DNA of 64,000 nt from Takakia lepidozioides. Lineage: Eukaryota; Plantae; Bryophyta. The notes under the pieces were generated by a model. It was not told where the DNA came from, searched no databases, and saw only the letters and a program-made list of their open reading frames with translations. This document shows, piece by piece, positions 37,504-50,189 of this stretch; positions within the stretch are counted from its first letter, which is position 1, and each line of letters begins with the position of its first letter. The stretch covers positions 33,976,001-34,040,000 of the forward strand of contig CM060733.1 in assembly GCA_030704615.1 (NCBI GenBank), written 5' to 3'. A program made the translations under genes and the position numbers.

Positions 37504-38209
37504 AAAGATGCTTGCGACGTCGCAAGCATCTTTTAATATCTGCAAGTGGGAGGGAGAGAGAGAGAGGAGAGAAAGATACAGAGAGCCACAAAGAGACAGA
37601 CAAACAGAGGGGGAGATGCTTGGCAATCCACTGTAGCTGTCCCTTGAAGATGCTTGCGGTGACGCAAACATCTTCCACCAACAGAGTTGAGAGAGAAAGA
37701 TCGTTGGAGAGGGAGACAAAGAAAGAGAGAGAGACAAACGGGGAGATAGAGGAAACCCTCCATAAGGTGTCATGAAAGGGTCTTGCATTGACAGACAAAT
37801 AGAGAGGGAGGGAGGTGGAGGCAGGTCGTGTACTGAAGGTGTCCGGCCTGCAAGATGTTTGCGTTGTTGCAAGCATCTTTCACCTGCACTTTCCAGACAA
37901 ATAGAGAGTTGGAGAGGGACAAAAAGAAAGAAAGAGAGGCAGATGAAGACATGGACAGACAGAGAGGGAGATGCTTGCTTCAACGCAAGCATCTTCTAGG
38001 GTCGATTTGAAGGAAGAAGAACATGACTGTAGGAAGTTTGTGGCTGCAGAGGAATCTTGAGGGTCCGATGAAACGAGCTACAATGAAATATGGTTGCGTT
38101 ACCGCAATAATCTATCACATGACAAACAGGAACAGCATGAGACAGTGTGGTTCTTCAGAGAACCCCTGAAAGGCAATGGTGGAAGATCCTTGCGTCAACG
38201 CAACCATCT
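37504..38209. repeat. Five interspaced copies of a 26-30-bp palindrome AGATGCTTGCG-N4-CGCAAGCATCT
   Basis: Copies at 37504-37533 (perfect 30-bp palindrome), 37646-37675, 37852-37879, 37969-37994 and 38184-38209, separated by GA-rich spacers. Confidence 0.85.
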
Positions 38210-38269
38210 CTCATACAGCCATTCTTGGCATTATGAAAGTTTTCCTATGGTCAGATGCAGGGTTTGTAC

Positions 38270-39427
38270 CAGTGTTGTGCGGGTATATTGATTTCAATAT
38301 ACCCTTAGGGTATAAGTAAATTATTTTTGTCATATCATTTACCCTCCGGATATGGATAAATTGAAATCTCAAAAAATTATTTACCCTCCGGGTATGGGTA
38401 AATTAACTTTTCAGATTTCTATATAACCCCCGGGTATGGATATATATGCCAAAATATACCCTGAGGGTATGAATAGTTTCCGGGTATGGATAGTTATTTC
38501 CATTAATATATAATTTAATGGTTTTAAGGAATACATGATGTTTTTTTTTTTTTCAAAAAGGAAACCTGGGAGCGACTGCCCCTCACAAGATGTTCTTCAA
38601 TATGTACAAAACACAAAAAACAAAAAAAACAAAAACAAGAAAAAAACAATCTATGGTAAAAGAGAAAATTGATAAGATATTGCATAATATTTTGGTGTTA
38701 ATTTCCAATGCAAGATGGAGGAGGTTTGAGATTTTTTTTAAAGCACATGGGCTGGTAGCTCAGTTGGTAAGTGCACAGTGTGTGTCACTCAGGTGGTTCG
38801 GGGTTCGAACCAGCTGCCCTGCCCCGTGTGTGGGATTGTTTGTGTGACGGTATGTTTGGGCATTGATCGTCCTGCAGGTCTCATGGCCCATAAATGAAAG
38901 GGGGTTAATCTTTCCCCCTCCTCAAGTGCCTGAATTGTGGGCTGTCGCTCCCAGATTTCCTTAAGTGAATAAAAACCCCTCAAGGACCTAAATTGTGGGT
39001 TTCCTTTTATATTTATATATATATATATATGCGAGATCTGAAGAGGTATTGTTTGGGTTATATGACATTTAAGGAATGATATATATGTAGCATTTGTTTT
39101 AGCTGTGATTGGAGCTTTCTTATAGCTCAAGGCTCCCTAATAACACAACAAAAAGAGAAAAGACCTAGCACACAAAGGCTATGAAGGCACATAAAGGCCC
39201 TTATATACCCTGATTAGATATACCCTTCATTTTAACATATACCCTTCAGGAAAGTAGGGTATATTGAGCGTCTTGATGCATAAGGATAAGGGTATATCAT
39301 AAAAATATATCCTGATATAAGGGTATACATCCGGGTACCTATTGCCACACCAGGGTATATATATATCAATATACCTTGATATACCCGCCGGGTATATCAG
39401 GGTAATTCATATACCCGCCCAACACTG
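38270..39427. mobile_element. Non-autonomous hAT element with a nested SINE
   Basis: TIR CAGTGTTGTGCGGGTATA / TATACCCGCCCAACACTG with perfect 8-bp TSD GTTTGTAC (38262-69 and 39428-35). Many taccc/gggta subterminal repeats. Confidence 0.93.
38743..38962 (+). mobile_element. tRNA-derived SINE, family 2
   Basis: ggtagctcagttggtaag (A box) and ggttcgaacc (B box). Homologous copy at 52010-52214 and an inverted 3' piece near 38556-38588. Confidence 0.8.
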
Positions 39428-40069
39428 GTTTGTACATGTGAAACATGTCTGCGGTAACGCAATTTGACATGACTGTTGGGAGTAGAATAAGGACACTGCT
39501 TTATTCTCACATGGGTCTACTGTGGTGCAGAAAAGGAGAAGGAAGGGGAAAGAGCCCAAACCAGCTCAGGAGAAGGAGGGTGAAGAAGATGAGGATTTGG
39601 ATTACGAATTCAGAGCAAAAGAGATAATGTCTGCAAAGAAGGTGAACTCTGGTCAGGTTATTAGGGCCATGATGTTTGTGGACAACAATCTGATATGTTT
39701 TGGCTTACAAGTAATGATTTGGATTGTATTGAATGTTCATAAATGTATTTACAGACCAGATAAGTTTATCATTTTGGTGCAAATGTATGTACCCTATAGA
39801 TGCCCTATAAATTGTATCCGCCAATGGTTTTCTTCCGTTTTGAAAACTTATAACTCATGTGATCAAGGTTTAAAAATATAAAACCACTGACTAACCAAAA
39901 GGAAACAATTCGAAGTGGGACAAGTGCTTCGGGCAAATGAGATTCATGTTTGTGCTGGGCAAGAGACATGGGAAACTTAGAACAAACTGGTTGGAGATGT
40001 CAACGGTTATAAGTGGATTGGTAAGATTGGTAAGATGTGCGCTCTTAAGGTGGCGTGTGCCAAACGTGG

Positions 40070-40635
40070 TCAAATGATTTTTTGGGCGACAATTGTGAAA
40101 TTATCAACATGGGTTTGCGGTATGAGTATAGTGTCTGGCGGCGTGAATATGAAGGACCTCTTTGTGGGTTGTGTTTACATGCCCACATAGGGAACCCTTA
40201 GCGCTGACGTAGACAAAGCTTTCGAAGACGTCAAGCTGGACTGTGCTAAGTTCCTTGCCAAAGGTTAGGTGGTCTTATTTGGGTGACTTCAATGTCCGGG
40301 TGGGCAAAGGTCTTAGGATGATACGTGTAGAGGTTTTGGTGGTGACTTGGGCTTGGTTACCTGCACCATATTCTAAAGAATCTCTTGTAGACTATTAATA
40401 AACCGTCTGGAAGAACTTTTGACCCTGAATAATATGTCAAAAAGAGACCAAGTTCAGTGGACTCGTGAGAAAGCCCAAACTGGGAACGTTCCATTGTGGA
40501 TTATATCATAATGGACAAAAATTCTGTTTCCCCGTTGATCAATAGAACTGATATTGGTACATCTAACCACTGGACTAAGATCAAAAGGTGTTTTCCCAGC
40601 ACCAAGAGATCTATGAAACGTTCGATTGGGAGCTT
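40070..40635 (+). mobile_element. Decayed LINE endonuclease fragment
   Basis: Nucleotide homology to 58360-58930 (VYMP, GDFN, WTREK, SIVDYII), with stops and indels. Confidence 0.8.
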
Positions 40636-41439
40636 AAGATGGAGGCTTTGTAGACCTATAAGCAAATGCTGCAGAAGTGGTCTGGCCACTTCTTTCTTTT
40701 CAGTCACCAGTTTTTGTATTGGGGTGGAAGCTATTTATACAGTATGCAGTGGCTGGCTGGCATGGACAAGAGTAGAAATTGCAGTGGTCCAATCAGTGAA
40801 TAACCTTGTCACTGCCCCCTTCTTTACAATAGCATTTCTCCAAAGCCACTCCAGCCATCTTGAAGACATACTGAAATGTCCTTCACATGTCTGTGGCCTG
40901 TTCCTCTGTATTCTGTTTCGATATTGTTGCGTCAATTGTGTACCGCAACTGCACTGTGTCTTCTCTAATGGTACTGATAAACTCTCTGGATGTGGTAAGG
41001 TAACAATGGGGAGCATTGATCCAGATTTCATAGTGGTGGGCAGGAACAGGAAACTCGCACCCAGCAACCCAAAATTGAACTGGTCAAGTTAAGAGTCATA
41101 GGCCCATGAGTTGGGTACCAAAACCTGGTCTCATCATGAAATGGTGGTCTATCACAGCCAGACCATACTACTTACAAAGTGGATTCCAGCAGTGGTGCAA
41201 AGCTCTGACAAACACTCTGCACACTCTGCACAGAAACTCTCCAACTATGCACATAAAAACCAGCTCGACAACGTGGACTGCATGGAAAGGTAGTAAAATG
41301 AAATGAACATGTCATGCCCAACATGCTCATGGCACATGCAGACATGATACACTTCTGAAAGAATGGCAATAGTTCGTCTAAATGGTAAGGATGCACAAGA
41401 AGGCGTGAGTATAGATTGGATTCTTTCCACCACTGACAA

Positions 41440-44400
41440 CTAGGAAAAGGCAGCAGCCTTGCAAATAGGGCACTGATTTTTCTGGACAAGCCACTGCTTG
41501 ATGCACGATACATGATAACCGTGCCCACAATCGATCTTCCCCAACTCGTCACCCTCCTCATATTCCTCCTGAGACAGTCCCAGTGAATAATGGTCAGGGC
41601 ACAATACTTGATGGCGCATGCAATGAGACAACTTGCCTTCGAATAAAAGTAACAACAGTCACATAATGCTCACAATTGCTTGCACTCAATGTGTATGCCC
41701 AAAGATGGTGCAAACATCAGATCCTCTAGATTACAATTCTTTGAAAATTAAAGTACAAGTGACATGCCAATATGTACATGGAAGCCAATAAGAAAATCCC
41801 TGCTCAAACTTCCATCAAGGCGCACAGCTTACTTTAAAACTTGGGACAGTGATTCAGTACAGATGATGTAGAGGTGCAGAGCACTTTCAGAGTGCTGAAA
41901 TCACCAATCCACAGCTGTCTTTCTCGTGCCCACTTATACGTTTGGGGGCGAAGGCCACACAGCGAAGTCGAGGCTACATGACTACACATTATATAACACC
42001 TGCACAGGCAGAGCATGAGATACCATACCTGACAGATGCTGCATTTCCTGTCACACTCTTGTGGAGAGGGAGTAACCACCACATCCAATGAGGAGTATTG
42101 ACTCCTCTTCAACTTCTGGTTCACCACATCAGCACTCACCCCTGTACTCACAGTGCCTATTCTCTCCTCCAGAGCAAGCAACTCCTGCACCCACACATGG
42201 CAAATACCATCACCTTTATCCAATCAGCCTAATAGGCTCAGTGCTACCCACCACCAACAAGAGTGCAGTTTTCCTTCTAGTGGCACCACACTCCAATGCG
42301 CAAGCATTAGGAAAAATGATGGCCAGCCGATGGTGCGCCACACTTCATCTGTACATCAACCCCTCATATATAACATCAATTTTACTCCTGCATTCCACCG
42401 CACCCCTATACTCGACCCATATGCGATCCTATATTTCTAGAATGATAAAACAGCAGGTGCCCCCGTCATGGGGCAGACCTAGCTATCATTTGACTTACAT
42501 CTGAGTCTTGTGATCACTGAAGCAATATAGATAGCACAACTAAATGTTATCCATTTCACAGTAGGCAAGAACTTATTGGGACTCTGGAACAACTTGTGGA
42601 GATTTAGCGATCCTAAGTGGACTTCTAGGTAGCTTCACAGCATACACAAGTCCCAGGAATAAGGTGTCTTAGGCACAGCAACCTGTTCCAAACTAACTGT
42701 ACTCCCCACAGTGCAAGGGCACAAAAAGCATCACACGGTAAACCAGCCTTGAATAGAAAATAACTAAACAGCAGGTACAGAAGTGTCAGACCTCATAAGA
42801 CATGTTGTCGACATCAAGACGCAAGTCACTGTGTTGGTCATGGAGGCCCATTCCTCCAAACAGCAAGGTCGCCTCCAGCATCAAAAGTTGCTATGCAGGT
42901 TGTAGCCACACATGTCGTCCATCACCAACAAGGAGCACAGAACTTCAGGCAATAAATAAATGTAACAACATTCGACAAAAACAACTTGACTGAAAAGCTT
43001 GGACCATACAGTTGCATCTAAGACTGGGTGGCACCTGATGGGATGCTGCCAGAAATCAAGCAATACTCTGTCTTGTGTGGCACTCCAAGCAAAACCTATA
43101 CATGAGCTTATAAATGAGCAATTCACTACGAAATGACAGGACTACACGCAAACGCTTACAAGATAATGATGTACCTCATATGTTAGATCTTCATCTCTCT
43201 CTACACACTCCAGTGCCAACAGAATCTGTTTCATAAATCACCTCATCAGAAGGCAATTTTGATCATTCAAAATCACTCCTTGAGACCCATGGGTAGAATA
43301 AGAAAAAAGAAACAATAGGACTAAATGAGATCTGAAAAGAAAGTTTCCACTTGTGTACACCAAACTGTGAGCAGTCACGCATCAGAAACTCTGAAGTGAG
43401 TGAATTCTCAAAATGGGCAGGCAAGTTCCAGTTGCATCATCTTACAATGCAAAAAACTATGTTTCCAACCTGGACACAACTTCATCTAAGATCCAGCATC
43501 ACACAGCCTTCCAGACTGATGTGCCCGATACCAGCAACAAAAATCAGTGATACCACTTTCCCCCAAAAGCAACCAAGCCTTTCTGTAATTAACAGAGAAA
43601 ATAACATCAAATGACCAACCTCAGCAAGACCTTCTGCCACAAGTCGCGACTGATGTGCTCCATCACCTGCTGACATCTGCAAACCCCGAAAAGGCAGTCC
43701 AAGAAGACTTTCTGCAACAGATGAAAGCCCTCTTTCACTGCGTACTCCAGCTTGTGACCTTGGCAGTATTGACCCTTGGAACAGACTTGCAGGTGAGGGG
43801 AGTGTATCCATGGAGGTAGCAAGTGCCGAAGGGGCTGAAGATGGAGGTGATGGAGGCATACGAGAAGGTGCAGGTCCTGATGAGAAAGGGGAAGGCATAA
43901 ATGTGTTTATACTGTTGCCCTGCAATCTCCCACGCAGCACTGGGGGGTGAGGAGGTGGCCTTGCAGGAGACCGTATGGAGGTGGTCACTGAGGTTGCAGA
44001 TGCTTGCATTGAGGGAGAGACAGGGTCAGCTGGCAGGGGAGGAGTGAGAAAACTGATTGTGGAGTCCAAGTTACTGTGGTTGATGCCAGAGCTTCGAATT
44101 CTGCTCTCAATTGCAACTGCTGCTCCAAGCTCACTCGCACTTGATGCACTGGTTGCCAAACTTCGTGTGCTACTTCCCATGTACCTGTGTGATAGCCGTT
44201 CTCCTAGAGTACTCAAGCCAACACTAGTGTCACCAAGTCCTAAGGATGCAGAGCTCCCACTTGTGTCAACTGAAGGAGTGCCACTGGGTGGCACAATAGA
44301 AGCACCCAGCATATGATCAACAATAAGCAGGCTGCTACTGGAGTTGCTCTCATCTGCATCCATGGACGACTCTGCTAGTGATGCTCTCTGAGAACCCCAG

Positions 44401-45893
44401 CTGTCAGGCTGCAAAACTGGCGTGGGCTTGTGCTCTCTGGGAGCAAAAGTGGATTGGGAAGGCTGGGATGTTTCTGCCTGCAACGACACCGCTCCACCTG
44501 CTCTGCCCCTTACACTTCTTTGAGAATTTACACCTGAACTACTACTACCTAATACACTCTTACCAGACCGGCCTTCTCTGAGAGGTTCAGGCAATACATC
44601 AATTGGGTCTTGGAGATAGCCACCCTTCCGAGTACAGGGATCCTCTGAAGTGTTAGCCAGAACTGGGGGTTCAGCGCATCGGCCAATGGATGTTGCCTGT
44701 GCTGAAATTGAGGTAGAGGCCACAACTTCAGAAGTAGAGGTGCTGCCTGCAATACCAGTGCTGCGCCGACTAAGTCCTCTACCTCCCATTGTCCTCCCAC
44801 TGCAGCTCTCCCGAAAGCCACTTCTATGAGGGGATCCATTTCGACAACCAAAACTACCTGCCATCACAGGTGTGCAACTCTTTCTCTTACAAGCAGAGCC
44901 CCTGGAGCTACTACTCACATTACTTAACCTACCAGCACCAGTTTCCACAGAGATCCCTGAGGAAGTGCCTCTTGAAGAATGTTTGTCTGCACCATGATGG
45001 CAAACTTCACCCCTGCTGCCTACTTCACCATCAAATACGCCCTGATTCTCAGCAGAACCTGACAGAAATGCCCCTGTCGGACCACAGAGGTCGCTGCCAC
45101 CCCCATGAAGGTGTGCTCGATCTCCCGAATCTTGACGCTCCATGAACAGTGAATTGGAGGTCACACTTCCATCAAGCTCCCCTGACTTTCCCTCATCAAT
45201 ACCGTTCCTCCCTCCCTGATCAGGGATGCCTGCTGGAGCTTGCCTGTTACCTATTGGTGGTAACCCAGAGGCTGCACTCCGATTGCCCAAACTGTGTGCT
45301 ATGTGACCTGCTGCCCTGCCTGGGAAAAGCCCTGAGCTACTGCTCCCCTGAACTGGTGCCCCCCCAATGAGGAAGTCCAGGCTGTTGCTCACTGACCGCT
45401 GTGCTCTTCCTGAAAAGGAATCTGAAAGAGCGTGTGGGTGTCCATGGCCTTGAAGCATACCATCCTCCTCAGACAGACCCAGCTGTGTGTTGAGGCCCAT
45501 TCCAATGTTGGCTTCAGCATCCAAGCCCGCAGAGCCTGTTCCTGACTCATTCACGAAGCCCTGCAATACATTCCACTGCCCTTGCAGTGACCCATGATGG
45601 GGTCTTTGCACTCTCCGAGAACCAGGTGAGCATGCAGCAACCAGCTTTGGAGACAACTGAGATGGTTTGCGGACAGGGGTTCTGCTGCATTCTGGACCTT
45701 TACCTGTTTCATGGTTACAAACTCTTCCCCCCAAACGCAATTCCATGGCTTCTTCCATTTTCGTGGGCCTGCTACTACTGTTGCTGCCACTGCCTCCATT
45801 GCTGCTACTAGACTGGTAATGTATGTCTGCAGAAGACCACCGACTCCCACCCATGAAAGGAGCACCTCTTCTTGCATCTGTGCCGTCCTCCAT
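41440..45893 (-). CDS. RING-H2 E3 ubiquitin ligase (MBR/HIP1/RHG1a-type) with a long disordered N-terminus, 5 coding exons, about 902 aa
   Basis: Exons 45893-43620, 43225-43175, 42890-42792, 42184-42029, 41568-41440, GT-AG, 2709 nt. Motifs DQHSDLRLDVDNMSYEELLALEERIGTVSTG and CSICQEEY...CGHGYHVSCIKQWLVQKNQCPICK. The start codon and 5' UTR exons (probably up to about 49000) are uncertain. Confidence 0.92.
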
Positions 45894-48800
45894 GGAGACA
45901 AGCAGATGTGGTATAGTACTTTATCGCAAGTTGTACACAGGTCTACAGTGACGAGCAGCTGTCAAAGGTGAAACTAGAGATGCATACTCTGTTCAGTCAT
46001 GGCAACCTTCCATGAACACCTCTGCAAAGAAAGAGCTCTACAAATGCCTGATCTCGCCAGCTGGATCCCCCATCATCACCTGATAATGAATGGAAAAACA
46101 TACCATGATAAATCCAAAAAAAGGAATTTAGATAAAACCTTGTCCCCCTCTTCTGCTCCACCTGAACTGGGCAGGGATCTATGGCCAGCACTTCTCATGC
46201 ATTTAATGAGATCCACACACCAGCCTGGGATCAGGTTTATAACCTATTGACCTACAAACTGTAGCTGTTTGCAAATACATATGTCATGCGCATAATGGTG
46301 TAAGCACTAAGAGTTCGTATAATAATCTATAACTGCCGCATCAATCAATAGACAACAGCTAGACAAATCACAAAAACCTCTGGCAAAGCAGACTCTGCCC
46401 ACCACTAGTTCCCAGGTCTAGAAGGCTAGTTTCGGTTTACTATGAGTGCAAGATTTGGGCGCCACAGCCGGGGTGTGCGGCTCTCCACTCTGCACTGGAA
46501 GGCACTTGGAGGTAGGAAAGTTAGTAGTCACCCTGTGGCCTTGCGAACTGGCAACCGCCAGCTGCAAAGTCTGCTTGCACAACATCCATTACCAGATATG
46601 AGGACAGAAGGTAATGGAACCACTCATCCACAAGAGATGGAGAAGATGTTAAGGCTACCTCCAGGGACGGTCACAAGGTACAAGAGTCGTCATCTTTCTG
46701 AAACATACAAGAGGCATCTAAAGTCGTCAACTACAAACACTTTCTACATGCATATTCCAGTTTGCAGTGACAGGTTCGGACATCTATCATCAAGAGCTTT
46801 TCGAAAGCATCTCCTCTACAGAAGGACATGAGAAGTTGCAGACTCCCTTCCACTTCGTTTGTTAAATTATTGGTTGATCTATGAATAGAATCATAGGATC
46901 TAAGTTAGCAGCAAATTCTATAGCAGCCACAAGACACAGTTATTCACAAAAAGTCTCTTTCACATCAGAGAAGAGAACAGGGCCTGAAATGAGGGTCCTG
47001 CCATCTATAAGAAGTAGCCAGCAGAAGGTGCCAAACTACATCATTACATGGTTAATTGTCAGTAGATTCTTCATGGATAGATTACAAGAAGTGGTTAAAA
47101 AATACCACAAGGCTGCCAAGGTTGACACTCTCCAAGTTGCCATTCGCCTCCTTGCCCTCACCCTCCATGCTGCCCTTAGATTCCCTGCCCTCCTCCTGCA
47201 TCCGCACATGTGGCTTCAGGGGAAAAAACAGTTCCACCCCTATCACCTTGCTCACAAACAAATCTTTTCGTAGAAATCAAGATATGCTATCACAAATCAA
47301 TGAGCACAAGCTTCTGATTAACCTGCCGCAACGTCATATAGGAGTCCTTCTCCTTCCCCACCCTGTCAATCATAGAGATGTTTGTTCTCTCTCCTTTCAT
47401 TTTTATCTTTCTCGTCCTGTATTTCCTTCTCACAGTCTCGCTTTCAAAGGCTTCAGTGATGCTGCAATACTCTGCACTTTGTACAAACAGAGGGACGGTT
47501 CGCCACACAGTTGTGGCAAGCCAACTCCAATCACACGTTGTCTCATACTCACACAGACTTGAGATTCCATCACCATCTCTGCCAACTTGTCAAGGCCCCT
47601 TCCTACATACTCTTTGATAATCCTAGTTCTTCCATTTGGTCTTTACCAGGCCCTGACTCCCTCATCATTATAAGAAAGTAGCCTCCCCTCCTCTGTGACT
47701 CTTGTGCATTTGGCCATTCACTTTTGGTCATCCTCCTGCTGTCATTTACATTGGTAACTAAGTCAAGTTTTCCTCCAACATACTAACATTGCGTCCTTCC
47801 CCAACTCAAACCCAGGACGTGCAGGCAATTTCCATCAGAGAACCAGCAAAAGAGGTGAGGGGATTGTGACGACCAGCCGTCCTATTAGAGCCTCTTGCTG
47901 AATAAGCCCCGCACACCCCTGCCTTTACCTGAACATCCCATTCATTCACAAGCCTGCTCAAGCCTCCATACATCCGTTTGTTGGATGCAAGGAGATGCCT
48001 CAAATGAGAACAGGGACTGATCAATCGGCAATATCAGGAGCTTTCCACACACCGAAAGATGTTATCAACTGGGAAGATGCCCTTCAGCTCGATTCAGTTA
48101 CTTGGCAGGTGGGTCGTAAAATTATTCTATGCTTCGCTGAAAACAGCATACGCTACGAAGGAGAAGCCTCACAACACAAACAGTGGAATTAAAATCTCAC
48201 CAACCAGCAATTCAGGAGAGGCATGTAGAATTGGCGCAGGACAACAGAAGAACAGGTTACCATACAACTCTCAGTTTTCACTCGGAGGAGAAAAACACTC
48301 ATGGTCCGAAAACAGCAGTTGGTGAGATCGTAAAAGAGTAGATGCCAAATACGGCGACCAGGAGGACTCGTCACAAAGTAAAACATATATTCTGTGATGA
48401 GACAACTTATGTTCAGCGCATCACTCAATGTGGAGAACTCTACCACAACCATGGCGATCCAACCAAGTATGAAAGCAATGACCGCGTCATTTAATTATGC
48501 AGGCTCGTGCGGGTGAGGAATGCAAGGGCAAACAATCACAGTTTGAACGCAAGTCTCATAGCAAGTAATTTAGAGCCCAGCAGGATTGACAGATTCATGT
48601 GAATACACTCTTAACCCCAAAGAGAAGAGAAAACAACAAAGAACGGATGGCAGAAGGGCAAAGAGACGCACCGCACTTAAAATGGTGGGAAGCGGAGAAC
48701 GAAGCGATCCTCCATTCACACAAGCCAGGGACAATGTTAGACGCCCTTCTCAGAGAAGATTTGAACGCCGAAATGCAACAGCCTCACGCCAGTTGGTGAC

Positions 48801-49052
48801 AGGGAATGGACGGATTCTCCATCCCGCAAGGAGAACTTAGCAGCATCGATACGCAATCTTAGAGTGAGACCCAAATTTGCCCTTGCTTCCCTCTCACTAA
48901 CTTCCAACCTAATAAGGCACCTCCGATACCAAAACGATCTGCGACGAAGAAGAAGAGACCGAGGATCCAACAAGCCAAGTGAAGTCGGGAGGAGCGTTGA
49001 AGAGCCATGGGACGCCTGCCATGACCAGGCCCATCATGCCTGCTATGCTTGC

Positions 49053-49072
49053 CATGCATGCATGTATGCATG
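49053..49072. promoter_or_regulatory. Clustered RY/Sph-like (CATGCA) motifs upstream of the RING gene's presumed 5' end
   Basis: catgcatgcatgtatgcatg. Function not demonstrated. Confidence 0.3.
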
Positions 49073-50001
49073 CCCCCTACATTCTCTCGTTGTCACTTGG
49101 ACGGACGATGTTTGTGAGATGGACGAACGACATTCAACTGGTCCCCTCGACTGGTCCCTTATCCTTGACTCTTCCTACTTCATCTTCCTGCTTCCATTGT
49201 GCGGAAATTTGGTAACTCAAGGAAAAGCAAAAGCATCTTGAACACGGCATCAACTGTCTGCCTCTCAAATATGTGGATATATCTCCAGATGTTGAAGGCA
49301 GTCGATAAGCTCCAAATGAATCTGCCTGCATCGGACTACTGAAGAACAACGAGCAAGTTAAAAGCACCCAAGCTGTCCCGTTGGTTAGTCTGCGAGCTCA
49401 ACAGGATTGCCCACGCGTCCACTGCTTGCTGCTACACCAATGATTTTTTATTTGGTAACCTAAAAAATAGCCGCAATCAGCCCCAAACATGGCCTATGAG
49501 GGTACCCAGTTTCGGTTTAGGGCCTAGGGACCCTACCTCGCAAAAGACCCTTACCTAGCGGACCTTGGCCGGGTCATAGATCATGGGGCCACCTAAAACC
49601 ACCCCTCCTCAGTGCATGGGCATGCTGCCTGGCTCACACGTGAGACTTAAAGACTCAATTATTAAAAAATGAGAAGCTTTTTTTAGTCTCTCTTGATGTT
49701 GACGGTGATGTTCCGGGAGGGCTAACTTATGCGGAGGTATAGTGTATTAAAGGTGGTGCAGATCATTGGGGGGCTTATTAAGCTTACTGTTGCTATTAAT
49801 TAATATACTGATTAATATATTAATTATTATTTTTTGGGCCCTGCGTGTGTAGACCCCCCTAGGTAGTTAGTTAGTAAGTAGGAAGAGAGCCCCCCTCTCC
49901 TTTATATACCCTCTCAGGGCGGTGGGACCCTTCTAGAAGGGTGGGACAATCAGGCCTACTCCCACCTACTCCCACCACTTGACATACCCTAACTACCCAA
50001 A

Positions 50002-50091
50002 AAGTATGACGCCTCCCGAAGGGAGCGTAACCTATGGTGTCACTTGACCCCGAAGGGCTACTGCCTTCCAGTAGGAAGGTGAACACCTTCT
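50002..50091 (-). mobile_element. 5'-truncated SINE family 1 copy
   Basis: Matches the 3' half of 52483-52651. 13-bp TSD ctaactacccaaa (49989-50001 and 50092-50104). Confidence 0.85.
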
Positions 50092-50189
50092 CTAACTACC
50101 CAAATTGGCCTGAACCATCCCCTATTTAATAGGTATCACCTTCTTGCCTTCTTTTTTTGGACCCCTTCATTTCTTGAAATCCCTCTACA

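Noticed and set aside
37504-38209. CRISPR array
   Set aside because: Eukaryotic context, spacers long, irregular and low-complexity, repeats diverged, and no cas genes.
38743-38820. Functional tRNA genes (also 52010, 52483, 13700-13780)
   Set aside because: A/B boxes are present but there is no complete cloverleaf. They continue into shared SINE bodies, some with TSDs.
43482-43619. C-terminal hydrophobic tail of the 803-aa ORF
   Set aside because: This is intron read-through. The GT donor at 43619 splices in frame to the RING exons.
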